Below, one piece after another: positions 35,625 through 48,908 of a stretch of 64,000 bases of DNA (its first letter is position 1; every line of letters starts with the position of its first letter). The position numbers and the translations under genes were made by a program. The notes below the pieces were generated by a model, which ran no database searches, had not been told where the DNA came from, and worked only from the letters and a program-made list of their open reading frames with translations. Origin of the DNA: Mobula hypostoma. Taxonomy: Eukaryota. The DNA lies in assembly GCF_963921235.1 (NCBI RefSeq), contig NC_086097.1, positions 42,100,001-42,164,000 of the forward strand, read 5' to 3'.

Positions 35625-38452
35625 GAATCTTTGTGGGTGGAGTTAAAAAAATGCAAGGGTTAAAAAAATAATTATGGGAATCATATATAGCCCTCCAAAT
35701 AGTAGCCAGTATGTGGGGTTGAGATTGCAAAGGGAGCTGGAAATGGCATGTAATAAGGATAATGATGCTTCAATATGCAAGGAGATTGGGGAAATTAGGT
35801 CGGCGTTGGATCACAAGAAAGGGAATTTAATAAATGCCTATGAGATGGCTTTTTAGAGCAGCTTGTGCTTGAGCCTTCTTGGGGAATGGTTATCTTAGAT
35901 TGGGTGTTGTATAATAACCCAGATCTCATTATGAAGCTTATTGTAAAGGAACCCGTAGGAGGCAGTGGCCATAATTTGATTAAACTCATAATGCAGTTTG
36001 AGAAGGAGAAGCATAAGTGACATATATCAGTATCAGAATGGAATAAAGAGAATTACAGAAGCATAAGAGAGGAGCTTGCCCAGGTGGATTGGAGGAGGAT
36101 ACTGGCGGGGATGATGGCAGAGCAGAGGTGGCTGAAGTTTCTGGGAATCGTTCATAAATTGCAGAATAGATACGTCCCACAGAAGAAAAAGTTCTCAAAT
36201 AGCAGGGGTAGGCAACCGTGCCTGACAAGGGAAGTTAAGGATTGCATAAAAGCCGAGGAAAGGGCATACAAGATAGTAAAACTGAGTAGGAAGTTGGATG
36301 ATTGGGAAGCTTTTAAAAACCCATTAAAAGGCAACTAAAAAAACTATAAGAAAAGATGAAATATGAGGGCAAATTAGCCAATAATATAAAGCAGGATACC
36401 GAAGTTTTTTTCAATTGTATAAAGAGTAAAAGGGAGGTGAGAGTTGATATTGGACCACTGTAAAATCATGCTGGAGATGTAGTAATGGAGGATAAAGAAA
36501 CAGCAGATGAACTTAATGGGTACTTAGCAGGCCAGGCAGCATCTATGGAAAAGAGTGCAGTTAACATTTCAGGCCGAGACCCTTCAGTAGGACTCCTGCT
36601 AGAGGGATTCAGCCCAAAACACCGACTGTACTCTTTTCCAAAGCTGCTGCCTGGCCTGCTGAGATCCCCCAGCATTTTGTGGGTGCTGCTTGCATTTCTA
36701 GCATCTGCAGATTTTCTCTTGTTTGTTAATGGGTATTTTGCATCTTTCTTCACTGTGAAAGGCACTAGCAGTGTGCCAGAGGTTCATGAGTGTCAGAGAG
36801 CAGAAGTGAGTGCCATTGCTATAACAAAGGAAAAAATGCTAGGCAAACTCAAAGGTCTTAAGGTGGATAAGTGACCTGGACCAGATGGACTACATCCCAG
36901 AGTCCTGAGAGAGATTGCTGAAGGATAACAGATGCATTGGTCATGATCTTTCAAGAATCATTTGATTCTGGCATGGTCCTGGAGGACAAGAAGATTGCAA
37001 AAGTCACTTTACTCTTTAAGAAGGGAGGAAGGCAAAAGGAAGGAAATTATGGGCCGGTTAGCCTAACTCCAGTGGTTGCAAAAGTGTTAGAATCTATTAA
37101 TAAGGAAAAAGTTTCAGGATACTTGGAGACTAAAGGTGAAATAAGTCAATGTCAGCATGATTTCTACAATGAGAAATCTTGCCTGACAAATCTGTTAGAG
37201 TTCTTCGAGGAAGTAACAAGCAGGATGGACAAAGGAGAGGCAGTGGATGTCATTTACTTGGATTTTCAGAAGGTATTTGATAAGGTGCCACAGATAAGGC
37301 TGCTTAACAAGATTATGTCCTATGGTGTTACAGGAAATATAATGGCATGGATAGAGGAATGGCTGACAGGCAGGAGGCAGCGAGTGGGAACAAAGGGGGC
37401 CTTTTCTTGTTGGGTCCCAGTGACAAGTGGAGTTCATCAGGGGGTCAGTATTAGGATCACTACTTTTCATATTGTTTATCAGTGATTTGGATAATGGAAT
37501 TGATGGCTTTCTGGCAAAGTTTGTGGATGATATGAAGATAGGTGGAGGGATAGGTAGTGCTGAGAAAGCAAGATGATTGCAGCAGGACTTAGACAAATTG
37601 GAAGAATGGGCAAAGAATTGGCAGATGGAATACAGTGTTGGGAAATGTATGAGAATGCATTTTGGTAAAAGGAACAATAGTGCAGACTATTATCTAAATG
37701 GGGAGAAGGTTCAAACATCAGAGATGTAGAGGGACTTAGGAGTCCTCGTATAACACTCACAGAAGGTTAATTTACAAGCTGAGTCCGTGATAAAAGAAGG
37801 CAAATGCAATATGGCATTTATTTCAAGGAGAATAGAATTATAGAAGCAAGCAGCTAATGCTGAGGCTTTATAAAACACTTCTTAGGCCACACTTGGAGTA
37901 TTGTCTACAGTTTTGGGCCCCAAATCTCAGAATGGATGTGTTGTCATTGGAGAGTCCAGAGGAGGTTTAGAAGAATGATTCCAGGAATGAAAGGGTTAAC
38001 ATATGAGGAGTGTTTGGCAGCTTTGGGCCTCTATTCACTGAAATTTAAAAGAATGCAAGGGAATCTCCTTGAAACCTACTGAATGTTGAAAGGACTAGAT
38101 AGGATGGATGTGGAGAGGATGCTTCCTCTGGTGAGGGTATCCAGAACTAGAGGGCACAGCCTCAAAATTGAGGGGTGGCCTTTCAGAACGGAGGTAAGGA
38201 GGAATTGTTTTAGCCAGAGAGTAGTGAGTCTGTGGAATGCTGTGACACAAGCTGCAGCGGAAGCCAAGTTTGTGGGTATATTTAAAGTGGAAGTTGATAG
38301 TTTCCTAATCAGTCAGGGCATCAAAGGATATGGCGAGAAGGCAGGTGTATGGGGTTGAGTGGGATCTGGGATCAGCCATGATGGAATGGTGGAGCAGGCT
38401 CGATGGGCTGAATGGCCTAATTCTGCTCCTATGTCCTGTGGTCTTATGGTCT
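35625..38452 (+). mobile_element. CR1 LINE ORF2 (APE end + RT), decayed
   Basis: IIYSPPNS, NYGPVSLT, SCLTNLLEFFEEVT, YLDFQKVFDKVP; GTCTTATGGTCT tail. Confidence 0.9.
36526..36725. mobile_element. 200-bp Penelope-derived mini-element with two inverted degenerate hammerheads
   Basis: TSD TTAATGGGTAYTT (36513-36525, 36726-36738) inside CR1; arms GCAGGCCAGGCAGCA / TGCTGCCTGGCCTGC; tail AGCATCTGCAGATTTTCTCTTGTTTG. Confidence 0.82.
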
Positions 38453-38549
38453 AAACCAATACAATTTCAAAAGTACAATAATGCACATGCTGTCGGGAAT
38501 GCTAGAGCAACTGTTAAAAGTAGTTTCCCTGATATTTGTATTAACACGT

Positions 38550-39080
38550 TGGTGTACAGGTGTACATGTTATTAGGTATGCATGTACACCAGTCTATTAA
38601 TGCAAATATCTAATCAGCTAATCGTGTGGCAGAAACTCAATGCATAAAAGCATGCAGACATGGTCAAGAGGTTCAGTTGTTGTTCAGAACAAATGGGGGA
38701 AGAAATATAATCTAAGTGATGTTGACCATGGAACGATTGTTGGTGCCAGACAGAGTGGTTTGAGAATCTCAGGAACTACAGGTCTCCTCTGATTTTCACG
38801 CACAATAGCCTCCAGAGTTTACAGAGAATGGTGTAAAAAAACAAATAAAATTATCCAGTGAGCAGTAGGTCTGCTGGCAAAAGCTCCTTGTTAATGAGAG
38901 AGGTCAGAGGAGATCAGACAGACTGGTTCAAGCTGACAGGAAGACACCAGTAACTAAAATGACCACGCGTTACAACAGTGGTTTGAGAAAAAGCATCTCT
39001 GAATGCATAACATATCGAACCTTGAAGTGGATGAGCTACAGCAGAATAAGAGCACAAACGTACACTCAGTGGCCATTGAA
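38550..39080 (+). mobile_element. Tc1-like transposon deletion derivative (N-terminal HTH remnant)
   Basis: NLSDVDHGTIVGARQSGLRISGTTGLL*FSRTIASRVYREWC; TIR-like TACACTCAGTGGCCA at 39061. Confidence 0.8.
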
Positions 39081-39796
39081 TTCAGTATATCATTATGGAT
39101 ATTGTTATGTTGATTTTATGTCTTGTGAACTTATAGCTTTCAGAAGTCTGAACTGTGTTTTCTGGTGAGCATTCACTTGATGAGTGTCTTTGGTTCAGCA
39201 GATCATCATTTGAATTTAGTTTTCTTAAGGAAGAAAGACAAACATATTGGTGGAATGCATGCATCTATCTGCTTTGTGTGCCAACTTAGAAGGATAGTTT
39301 TAACAATGGATTAGCTTTAGCAATGCTCAGGGGTCTTACAAAGTACTATTGCAATTTGAATAATCTGCATCCTCACATTGGACGTCAAATTCGGGTTTTG
39401 TTTTACAAATGCCAAGGTTGTCCAACAGCACTTGTAGATTTAAACACAAAGCTGTTTTGGAAATGTTATTTTCTTGCACAATGGGATAGCTGTCAGATCA
39501 ACTATCAAAGAATAACAATAAGAACATTGAGATCTTAGCTTTTTGATATGAGTATTTGAGGAATTTTACAGAATTGTCATTGGAAAATGGTGTAATTTGG
39601 CAGTATGATTTTTGTCCACACTTAAATTGTGATAGCAGTACTAAGCTTCAAATTTCTCCCTTGTCTAGTCCTATCAAGTTGAAATAATCACAAAAAACAG
39701 AATTGAAATGGGGAAAAATGTATAAAAAATGACACATTTTCCAATTTGATATTTATGTTTTATTATTATAAAGACAGGAGACAAGAAATCTATTTA

Positions 39797-40192
39797 GCTA
39801 GGGCTTTACTCTTTGGAGAGAAGGAGGATGAAAGGAGACATGATAGAGGTATACAAGATAATAAGAGGAATAGATAGAGTGGATAGCCAGCGCCTCTTCC
39901 CCAGGGCACCACTGCTCAATACAAGAGGACATGGCTTTAAGGTAAGGGTTGGGAAGTTCAAGGGGGATATTAGAGGAAGGTTTTTTACTCAGAGAATGGT
40001 TGGTGCGTGGAATGCACTGCGTGAGTCAGTGGTGGAGGCAGATACACTAGTGAAGTTTAAGAGACTACTAGACAGGTATATGGAGGAATCTAAGGTGGGG
40101 GCTTATATGGGAGGCCGGGTTTGAGGGTCGGCACAACATTGTGGGTCGAAGGGCCTGTACTGTGCTGTACTATTCTATGTTCTATGTTCTAT
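39797..40192 (+). mobile_element. CR1 3' fragment
   Basis: ERRRMKGDMIEVYKI..FFTQRMVGAWN; (TTCTATG)n tail. Confidence 0.88.
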
Positions 40193-40540
40193 GTTTGTCT
40201 TACCTCTTGATGTGTTGTATGTTTATATATGTCATTCTGCAATTGCAGACTGCTTCAGACCATCCAGTGAAACTGAAATCCAGCCAGGTGATCAAAAGCA
40301 CACATGTCTGCCACAACAGAGGCTTTTAGCCAGGGCTGAAATGGTTGCCACAAGAGGATACAGGTTTAAAGTACAGGAGAGTAGGTACAGAGGAGAAGTC
40401 ATGGGGTAAGTTTTTTACACAGAGTGGTGAGTGCGTGGAATGGGCTGCCGGCGACAGTGGTGGGGGCAGATATGATAGAGTCTTTTAAGAGACTTTTGGA
40501 TAGGTACATGGATCTTAGAAAAATAGAGGGCTATGGGGAA

Positions 40541-41764
40541 TCTTACGCACACGCAAACCTGTAAAAGTATCAGCAGCAATGGAACACACCTGGAGTCTGG
40601 TGTCACTGTTTACAAACCACTATTTTATTAGCAACTACATAATATGGTAACTTAAACCAGGTAAATCAAGAGTTAGGTGTTATGCATATACAGGTGTATA
40701 GATAAAGTTCCCAAACGCATTCGAGCTCAGGTGGCAAGAGTTCAGTCTTACGATGGTATGTAAGAGAGTTCAGTTCAGTCCACAGAGTTGTTATTGTTGT
40801 TATGAGAGAGATATTTGTAATCCAAGGTGAAATCCACAATAGGAGAATAACAAGTAAACAGGTGCCATTGGTCATCCGTCGTCAGCTCCGAATCCACACA
40901 CGAAGTATCACCAACAGTGATCTTCACAGAATATCCTTCCTCACAAGTGGTTACCACAATAGCTTGCCAGAATTCAGCTACAGGTCATCCCAAAGTAGTG
41001 GCCACAGGATACTTAAACCGAATCCATATGTGGGTCATCACCAACAGCAGCTTATCACAAAGGGGACCATCTTCAATGGAAAACTACCACCCAAGCAGGG
41101 GTAGACACACCAGTAGATTCCACAAGGTTACCCCAATCACACAACATGATAGCCACTTATCCAATTCCACGACATTCGAAATAACTCCAAAAGTGATTTG
41201 CCACAGGGGTGCCTTCTTCAGTGAACTACCACACCCAGACAAGGGTAAACACACACGTGCTATTTACACAGGTCTCCCCTCACCAGAGAACCCACTCCTG
41301 TGAATTAACTGTGTGACAATCACATTTTTGTATTCAAATGGAATCAAACTCACCCCTACGGGCTACTTGGAGAGAGTCCAAACAGTGATCTCTTAGTCAC
41401 TAGGTTTCTTCTGTTTCAAACTTTCCTCTCTCATCCTCCCTGCAAACTTCTTCTAGTTGCAACAACTTGTGAGAGTCGTTTATCAATACTCTGGATCGAT
41501 CTCCACTCACCCCTTTGGGCTACTGAAAGTTTAAACCAGCGACCCCCCTGTCACTGGTGGCTTCCCATGATCGAAACCATCTCGACTCTGACCATGTGTC
41601 TCTGTGTGTCTGTGAGAGAATCACCTGACCTTGCTTATTCAAAACAAGCCGCGAACTTGTCTAAACAATCGATTGTCCATCATGTAACTCCTCCTCTCTC
41701 TCTTTCTCTCTAGCAACTCAGACAGTTAGCAGTAGAAAACAGTTGCTTTTCGTAACGCTGTATT

Positions 41765-41810
<46 letters not shown>

Positions 41811-41856
41811 CTTAAAGGCATAGTCTGTAACAAATGAAACTTAAGATCCCATCACA
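40541..41856 (-). mobile_element. Solo LTR of about 1.3 kb (probably Gypsy)
   Basis: 4-bp TSD GGAA (40537-40540, 41857-41860); minus strand starts TGTGATG; AATAAA near the 3' end; internal imperfect repeats; no ORF. Confidence 0.72.
41769..41807. repeat. (TC)n microsatellite
   Basis: Directly visible. Confidence 0.95.
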
Positions 41857-42317
41857 GGAAGTCTAGTAATTTCTAAGGTAGGGACATGTTCGGCACAACT
41901 CGGTGGGCCGAAGGGCCTGTATTGTGCTGTAGGTTTTCTATGTTTCTAACAGGGAAATGTTCTAATCTCTTTATACTCACTTACAACATGGCATCAAAAT
42001 ATTTAACCAACTATGACAGAAAGGATCACAGAAGACATGAACTGTGAAAGCAGAATTCAAGTTAAAGTCCAATACAAACAAGGTATGAATTTAAACATGC
42101 TATACAAATGATGCATAGTGCAAAAGTGAGAGGAATTGGAAGTGGAACATAGACATTGGAGCGCTGGGCATGAAAAGACATCGCAGAAAGCAGGAAAGCT
42201 GTCACTTTGCAACATGGTGGATATTGAAAGAATAAATCGAACGAACATTCTAATGCCAAAAGGCTGGATTTTGTTGTGGGGAATATCTGATGTCAAGCAT
42301 CTTACATTAGACAACAG

Positions 42318-43123
42318 TTTCTATTCTCTCTACACTCATGATTGTGTGGCTAAGCACAGCTCAAACACCATTTATACATTAACCAATGATAGAATCTCAG
42401 ATAGCAACAGGGAGGCGTACAGAAGCTAGATAGATCAGCAGGGTGAGTGATGTCACAACAGCAAATTCGCACTCAACCTCAGCAAGACTAAAAATTGATT
42501 GCAGACTTCAGGGAAAGGAAGTCGAGCAAGCGCACACAAATTCTCATTGAGGAGACAGCAGTGCAAAGACTGAGCACCTTCAAGTTCCGGGGTGTCAACA
42601 GCTGGCCCAACACACTGATGCAATCGCGAAGAAGGCATTCCATTGGCTCTACTTTATTAGGAGATTGAGGAGACTTGTTATACCACCAAAGACTCTGACA
42701 AATGTCTGGAGATGCACAGTGGAGAGCATTCTGACTGGTTGCTTCACAGCCAAGAGTAGCTCCAGTGCACAGGATCGCAAGGCTGCAGAGGATTGCAGAC
42801 TCATCCAGCACCATCACGGCAACAACTTGCCACGGTCACAGACATCTTTCAGAGGCAGTAACTCAGGAGGGCAACATTCATAATGAAGGAGCCTCACCAT
42901 CTTCTTGTGCTACTGTCAGGGAGTCGGACAAGGAGCCTGGAGAACCACACTCAACAATTCTGAAACAGTCCATGAATCCATGAACACTATCTTGTTATTG
43001 CTTTTTTTGCACTATTTTCTTTTTTTTTTTGTAATTGACGATAATTTGCCGCAAAACAACAGATTTCACATCACATAAGCCCATGATGATAACCTGGTAC
43101 TATTTCTGGTTCTGATTCTGATT
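42318..43123 (+). mobile_element. Rex1 3' fragment, decayed
   Basis: YSLYTHDCVAKHSSN, CTVESILTGCFT; (CTGATT)n tail. Confidence 0.8.
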
Positions 43124-43957
43124 CCGAGACCAGGCAATGTCAAAGGCCACTGTCAACTTCATTACCTGTGTCTGGTAGCTCATGCTAACTCCATCACTTT
43201 TGCTGACTTAATTTGTCAGTGTCACATTTCTCACCCATAAGACCATAAGACCCCTTCTCTCCAGTCAGTTAGTCAATACAGGAGTGTCTCATACATCAGT
43301 CATCCCACTGCTGTGTGCAGTATCAGTTCAAACTGGGTTAGAAAAATGGCAACAGTGCTACTTATTTGAAAAATTGAGACCATGCCTGTGATATTGATAT
43401 TTAGTTTTAGGTCAGTGCTCTGTATTTAGTGGAGAGAAGGAATTTGTTGAGACAACCTAGCAGGCGGGTCCGGTGAAGAAGAGCTCTACTATTGAAGCCA
43501 ATGGAAGGAAAAGTTGGTTTTATGGATAATGGCCAATCCAATCTCATTGGTTTAAATATCACCAGCATTGCTGAAAAATTTGCCCAATATTACTGACTGA
43601 TGGATGCTTTTTCATTTCAGTTCTTCTTAAAAAAGGTGGTGAGATTGAACCAGGTGTAACACTTTATATTCCTAACCCTGAAGAATTTTTCAGCACGAGA
43701 GAGAAATCTAGAGCTAAGCACAGGGAAAGCAGCAGTTAAAATCCTTGTACTTGTCCTTGCTTTCCTCCTTTACTTTATGCTTCTGGTCTGTTTTTCTTTT
43801 TATTCTGTTCTAGTATTTCTAACTCATGTCTTCTTACCTACAATAATTTTAACTTAATTTTTAACTTTGCAGTCCACATTGGAAATGAAAATACAAATTA
43901 GAAAAGTTATAGTGCATTGTGTATATAGTGTTTATTCGGTTAAAAGAAGGCATGGAT

Positions 43958-44243
43958 ATTGAATTGACTTTATTACCTACATCCTTCACATACATGAGGA
44001 GTAAAAATCTTCATGTTACGTCTCCATCTAAATGTGCAATGTGCAATCATAGTAATTTATAATAAATAGAACAGTCAATGTAACATAGAAATACATTCAA
44101 ATCAGTGTGAGTTAATCAGTCTGATGGCCTGGTGGAAGAAGCTGTCCTGGAGCCCGTTGGTCCTGGCTTACACGCTGCGGTACCGCTTCCCGGATGGTAG
44201 CAGCTGAAATAGATTGTGGTTGGGGTGACTCAAATCCCCAATG
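43958..44243 (-). mobile_element. Rex1 3' tail fragment
   Basis: Minus strand encodes FQLLPSGKRYRSV..RLQDSFFHQAIRLIN; AATAAA tail. Confidence 0.7.
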
Positions 44244-44695
44244 TGAATAATTCTCCTCTGTAGCATATTGTATCTTTCCCTACATTGTTTATTGCCCTTT
44301 AGTTTTTAAAAGGAACAAATATCTGACCCCTGTTTTAATCTAATCCAGGGGGTTCCAGCTTTTTTTTATGCCATGGATCCCTATAACCAAAGGGTCCATG
44401 GACTCATCTAATCTAAGAATGTTTCCCAGCATCAGCAATTAACTGGGAACTTGATTAAGCTGATGTGCCACCATTAAACCCATTGTTGCAATATACTAAT
44501 TGGCTCACTTTCAGTGGGATCAAAAGTAGCAGCTCTCTTCAGGAGTTCCACTTTAATAACCGTACCTAGATGTTCAAAGTTCAAAATAAACTTAATATCA
44601 AAGTGCAAATATGCCACCATATACAAACATGAGATAAAGTTGTCTACATGTCAGTACCAGTAAATGTATAATATATTATGGATTGTATTTAGTAC

Positions 44696-44840
44696 CGTAC
44701 ACAAAATGCAGGAGGAACTCAGCAGGTCAGGCAGCATCTATGGAAAAGAGTAAACAATTGACATTTCTGACGAAGACCCTTTTTCAGGACTGAGAGGCAT
44801 TGCTTTGGATTTTCAGCATCTGCAGATTTCCTTGAGTTTG
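44696..44840. mobile_element. 145-bp Penelope-derived mini-element
   Basis: TSD TATTTAGTAC (44686-44695, 44841-44850); minus-strand degenerate hammerhead followed by plus-strand tail CAGCATCTGCAGATTTCCTTGAGTTTG. Confidence 0.78.
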
Positions 44841-45314
44841 TATTTAGTACACTGCTTTCAAAATTCAGTTTCATTTAAACATTAGTACTAAGTTTTGGTT
44901 CTTATGTTCTTATGTATATAAATTACTCAACTAAGGATGAAATTCTCAGCAATATTTAGAAAATATTTTAGACATTGTTTTTACTACGCAGTTATAATTT
45001 TGACAACTAACCCTTAGAACAGGTTCATTGCAGGAACACTTTAGACAATACATTATGGATAAATGTTTTAATATGTTTCAGTGTGCATTTGCATCCAGCT
45101 GATCAATTTCAGTGAGATTTCCCCTTGTCATAATTTTGGAGAGAAAAAAATTGTTAAGGTCTTTTGAGAAATGGTTGTTAACATCCCCCCATGGTTTCTG
45201 CTGACATTGTTCTGGAGAATAGGAGAATTTGTGCGTAATCCTCTCCCTTCCCTTCTTGTGTACCCAACCAGGTCATTTTTGACAACTGTCAGGACATTGT
45301 GGAAGGTTTGTGCA

Positions 45315-46590
45315 GAAACTGCAGGTCCCTAGTGGATGTATTTAAAATGTCCATTGCCATGAGTGAGATTCTGGAGGATTTGAAGATAGCTAATATTGTT
45401 CCACTGTTTAAGAAAGGCTCTATGATTAAGGCAAGAAATTATAGGCCAGTGAACTTGATATCAGTAATGAGTAAGTTACTTTAAGAAATCAGACAGAAAA
45501 GTATTTGAATAGAAAGGGTCTCATTGGCTGTGCTTCGCAGGGTACGTCTAACCAATCCTGTAGGGTTTTTTTGAGGAGGTTACCAGGAAAGTTGATTTTT
45601 TAAAAAGGCAGTGGATGTTGTCTACATGAAATTTAGCAAGGTAGTTGACTAGGTCCTGTATGGGAAGGTAGTCAAGAAGGTTCAGTCACTTGGCATTCAG
45701 GATGAAGTAAATTGGATTCAATATTAGCTTTGCGAGAAAAGCCAGAAAGTGATAGTAGACGGTTGACTCTATGAGTGGAGACAGGTGACTAGTGGAGTGC
45801 CACAGGGATCGGTGCTGGGTACGTTGTTTGCCATCTATATCAATGATCAAGACAATAATGTGGGTAACTAGATCAGCAAGTTTGCGGCTGACACCAAGAC
45901 TGGGTTTGCAGTGGACAGCAAGGAAGACTATCAGAGGTTGCAGTGGAATCGGGACATGCTGGAAAATTGGGCTGAAAAATGGCAGATGGAATTTAATGCA
46001 GACAATGTGAAGTGTTGCACTTTGGGAGGATAAAACAGGTGGAATTACACACTGAATGCTAAGACATGTTGGTGAATATTATGTGCAGTTCTGGTCACCT
46101 AACTACAGGAAAGATATCAATAAGACTGAAAAAGTACATGAAAATTCACAAGGATATTACTGGGGCTTGAAGACCTGAGTTACTGGGAAAGGTTGAATAT
46201 GCTAGGACTTTATCCCTGGAGCGTAGGAGAATGAAGTGAGATTTGATAAAGGTATATAAAGTTAACAAGGGTATAGGAAGGGTAAACAAAAACAAGCTTT
46301 TTCCACCAAGGTTGGGTAAGACTAGAACTAGAGATCAGGGGTTAAGGGTGAAATGTGAAATATTTAAGGGGAACTAGGGGGTGGTGAGAGGGTGGAATGA
46401 GCTGCTAGTGGAAGTGGTGGATATGGGTTCAATTTCGACATTTAAGAGAAATTTGGATAAGTACATGGATGGCAGGGGTATGGAGGGAGATGGTCCTGGT
46501 GCAGGTTGATGGCATTAGGCAGAATAACAGCTTGGCACAGACTAGACTGACTGAAGGGCTCGTTTTTGTGCTGAAATGATCTATGAGTAT
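45315..46590 (+). mobile_element. CR1 RT/3' fragment, decayed
   Basis: IANIVPLFKKG..NYRPVNLIS, SGVPQGSVLG, KWQMEFN. Confidence 0.85.
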
Positions 46591-47970
46591 GTGAATGGAA
46601 TTAATATTTCTTGGCCACAACTGGGAAGGGATTTTTTTTATTTTTGTTCCAAAAGGAGCAATGAGGGGTGGACAGGTAGTTGGTGGTGGGGGTAGGGGGC
46701 AGCAGTTTGGGTGACATTTCTGAGTTTCAGATGTGACCCATTTGATCAGAAACAGATTATATTCACAAAGCATTTGACTTTCCCACTTCTAGGATCTGAC
46801 CTCAAATCAAATATGCTATTGCTTTGCAATTATTTTCCTGGTGTAAATTTAATTCAAAGGCTTAATTCAAATACTTTTCCAACATCTATAGCTCTCAAAA
46901 TTTTCCTATACTAATTTGGACTATTGCAAAAAGATATTTGTTTGTCATTAAAAAAAGAACAGAGGAGTATAATTAGTTAAAAAGAGACACTGAGCACCCG
47001 CTCTTATAAAACTACCTCAAACTGGATAAGGGCAGAAGCTCTCCAATACTTCATATCAGAGAGTTGATCATTGAAGTAGATCATACCTTCACTACTGCCT
47101 CACACAGAAACAACTTTATATTTTACAGAGATAAACATCCCAGAGTTTTTAACAGGAGCTTTATCAAACATAGTTTGACAAGAAGTGAGCTGTCAGAAGG
47201 ATACTAAGAGTTTGCAGAGTGACCAAGGCAGTCTTAGTCAGTGAGGACAGAAGAATATTAAATAGGAAAGTGTAAGGTTATTCACAAAAAAACAGACTTT
47301 TACTAGGGACAGATTAATAAACGTTGGTAACCAGGGACTTAAATGATTCTTGATGCATGGTAAGCAAATATGCGGGTGCAACATGCAAGTAGGAAATTAA
47401 GCAAATGCTTGGGGGGCTGGAAACTTAAGGGAATATTGATGAGATGTCATATAAAATATTGTGTGTAGCTTTGGACTCTGTGCCAAAAGAAGACTATACT
47501 TGTTGAAGTGCAATGTGAAATTATTCCTAAATTGTGGGGTTACCCTGTGAAAAAGAGATCAAGTGCAAACATTTATGTAGGGTGAAGTTTAAAAGAATGA
47601 GAAATGATTTCAATGAGCCATTCAAAGTTCTGACAGAAATCGACAGGGTGAATACCAAGATGCTGTTCACTGGCTGGAGACTCTAGAGCAGTGTCTTAGA
47701 TGTCAGCTATTCAGAATGAAGGTAAGGAGGGATTTTTTTTTCAATAGCTTTAATTCTCTATGTCAAGGTCTACAAATGTTCATAATCCCAGTTAATTGTG
47801 AGATTAATGGAATTTTGGAATCAGTAAACCAGAAGGGAGGACAGGAGGCATACAACAAGTGTACAGTATTTGAAGCGCAACTTCTACTGAGTGGTAGAAA
47901 GGACTAAAGGAACCCTGTGGCCATTTTCTGCTAAGTTTCAGTTTGTGCTTAATTATATTAGTACAAAATC

Positions 47971-48294
47971 TATCAGGAAATGCAGAGGAGGCATGACCCA
48001 AAGGCAGAGCAGTGGAGATGATTAATCAGTAACCGATACTTTATTAATAAAGTACAAAATAACAAGCCACGAGGGGCCATAAATCAAGAAAGCACAGATA
48101 CTAAACACAACCGGCAAAAAAGTAACTGAAGGCTAGGATCAACTGCTTGAGGCCGGCTGGTTCGATGGGTGAACAAGGACTGTGGATGAGAGCTGAGTTT
48201 CAACAGGGTGCAGGTGATGAGTTAGAAACAAGTAGCAGCTGATTCAGGCTAGCTGGGTAGAGATTGGGAGGTGCTTGCCTGTGCAGGCTTGACA
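47971..48294 (-). repeat. 3' LTR of the chromovirus element
   Basis: Direct repeat of 53684-53982 (GCAGAGCAGTGGAGATGATTAA, GTTCGATGGGTGAACAAGGA, GTGCAGGC.TGA.A). Confidence 0.85.
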
Positions 48295-48908
48295 GAAGCA
48301 CTTTTCTTACGGCCAGCACCCTACGGCCCAGCATGATCGGATGAGTCCGGCGAAACTCTGCAATGAGCAAGGAATCCAAGTTAAAACTGGACGGCACCCA
48401 AGGCTTCTCATCTGGGCCATAACCCTGGCTGTTGGCCAGGTACTGCACCCTGTTCACAATGACATGAATCCATTAACCGGTGAACCGTGTACATTGGAAC
48501 ATCTTCCGCCATTCTAGGTTCCAAAGGTGCAGACTCAGGTGGGTCGAGTGGTCTGTAGACAACGGGCTTGATGCAGGACAGATGGAGGTAGATATAATCC
48601 GGAGAGACGGTGGCAGGGGCAGATTTCTGGTGGACAGCCAAACTCTGTCCCCAGGTCAGAGTAGTCTGCTGGTTACCATCAGTGGTTGGCCTGGTGGCAG
48701 CAGGTGCAGTTGGCAGCTAGGATAGTCTCCCCTGCCCTCTTCCAAGCATTCCAGGGTCCTGGCAGATGGGACTTCTACCATTGGCACCTCCATGGGGAAC
48801 AACAGGGGTTGGTGGTCATGAAGCACTACAAAGAGTGCCATACCCATGGTAAAGGTGGGGTGAAGAATATCAGACAGCTAGGCCTAGAGCAGTCACTTCT
48901 TCCAGGGC

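Larger units (their letters stand above)
40325..41948 (+). mobile_element. CR1 3' fragment split by a solo LTR
   Basis: Sequence joins across 40540/41857 and ends TTTTCTATGTTTCTA. Confidence 0.8.

Noticed and set aside
40880..41290. Imperfect repeats inside the solo LTR, superficially array-like
   Set aside because: Degenerate and irregularly spaced, in a eukaryotic LTR context; not a CRISPR-like array.
44345..44405. Short hAT/Charlie-like MITE remnant (CCATGGA inverted motifs)
   Set aside because: The second TIR and an 8-bp TSD could not be identified.
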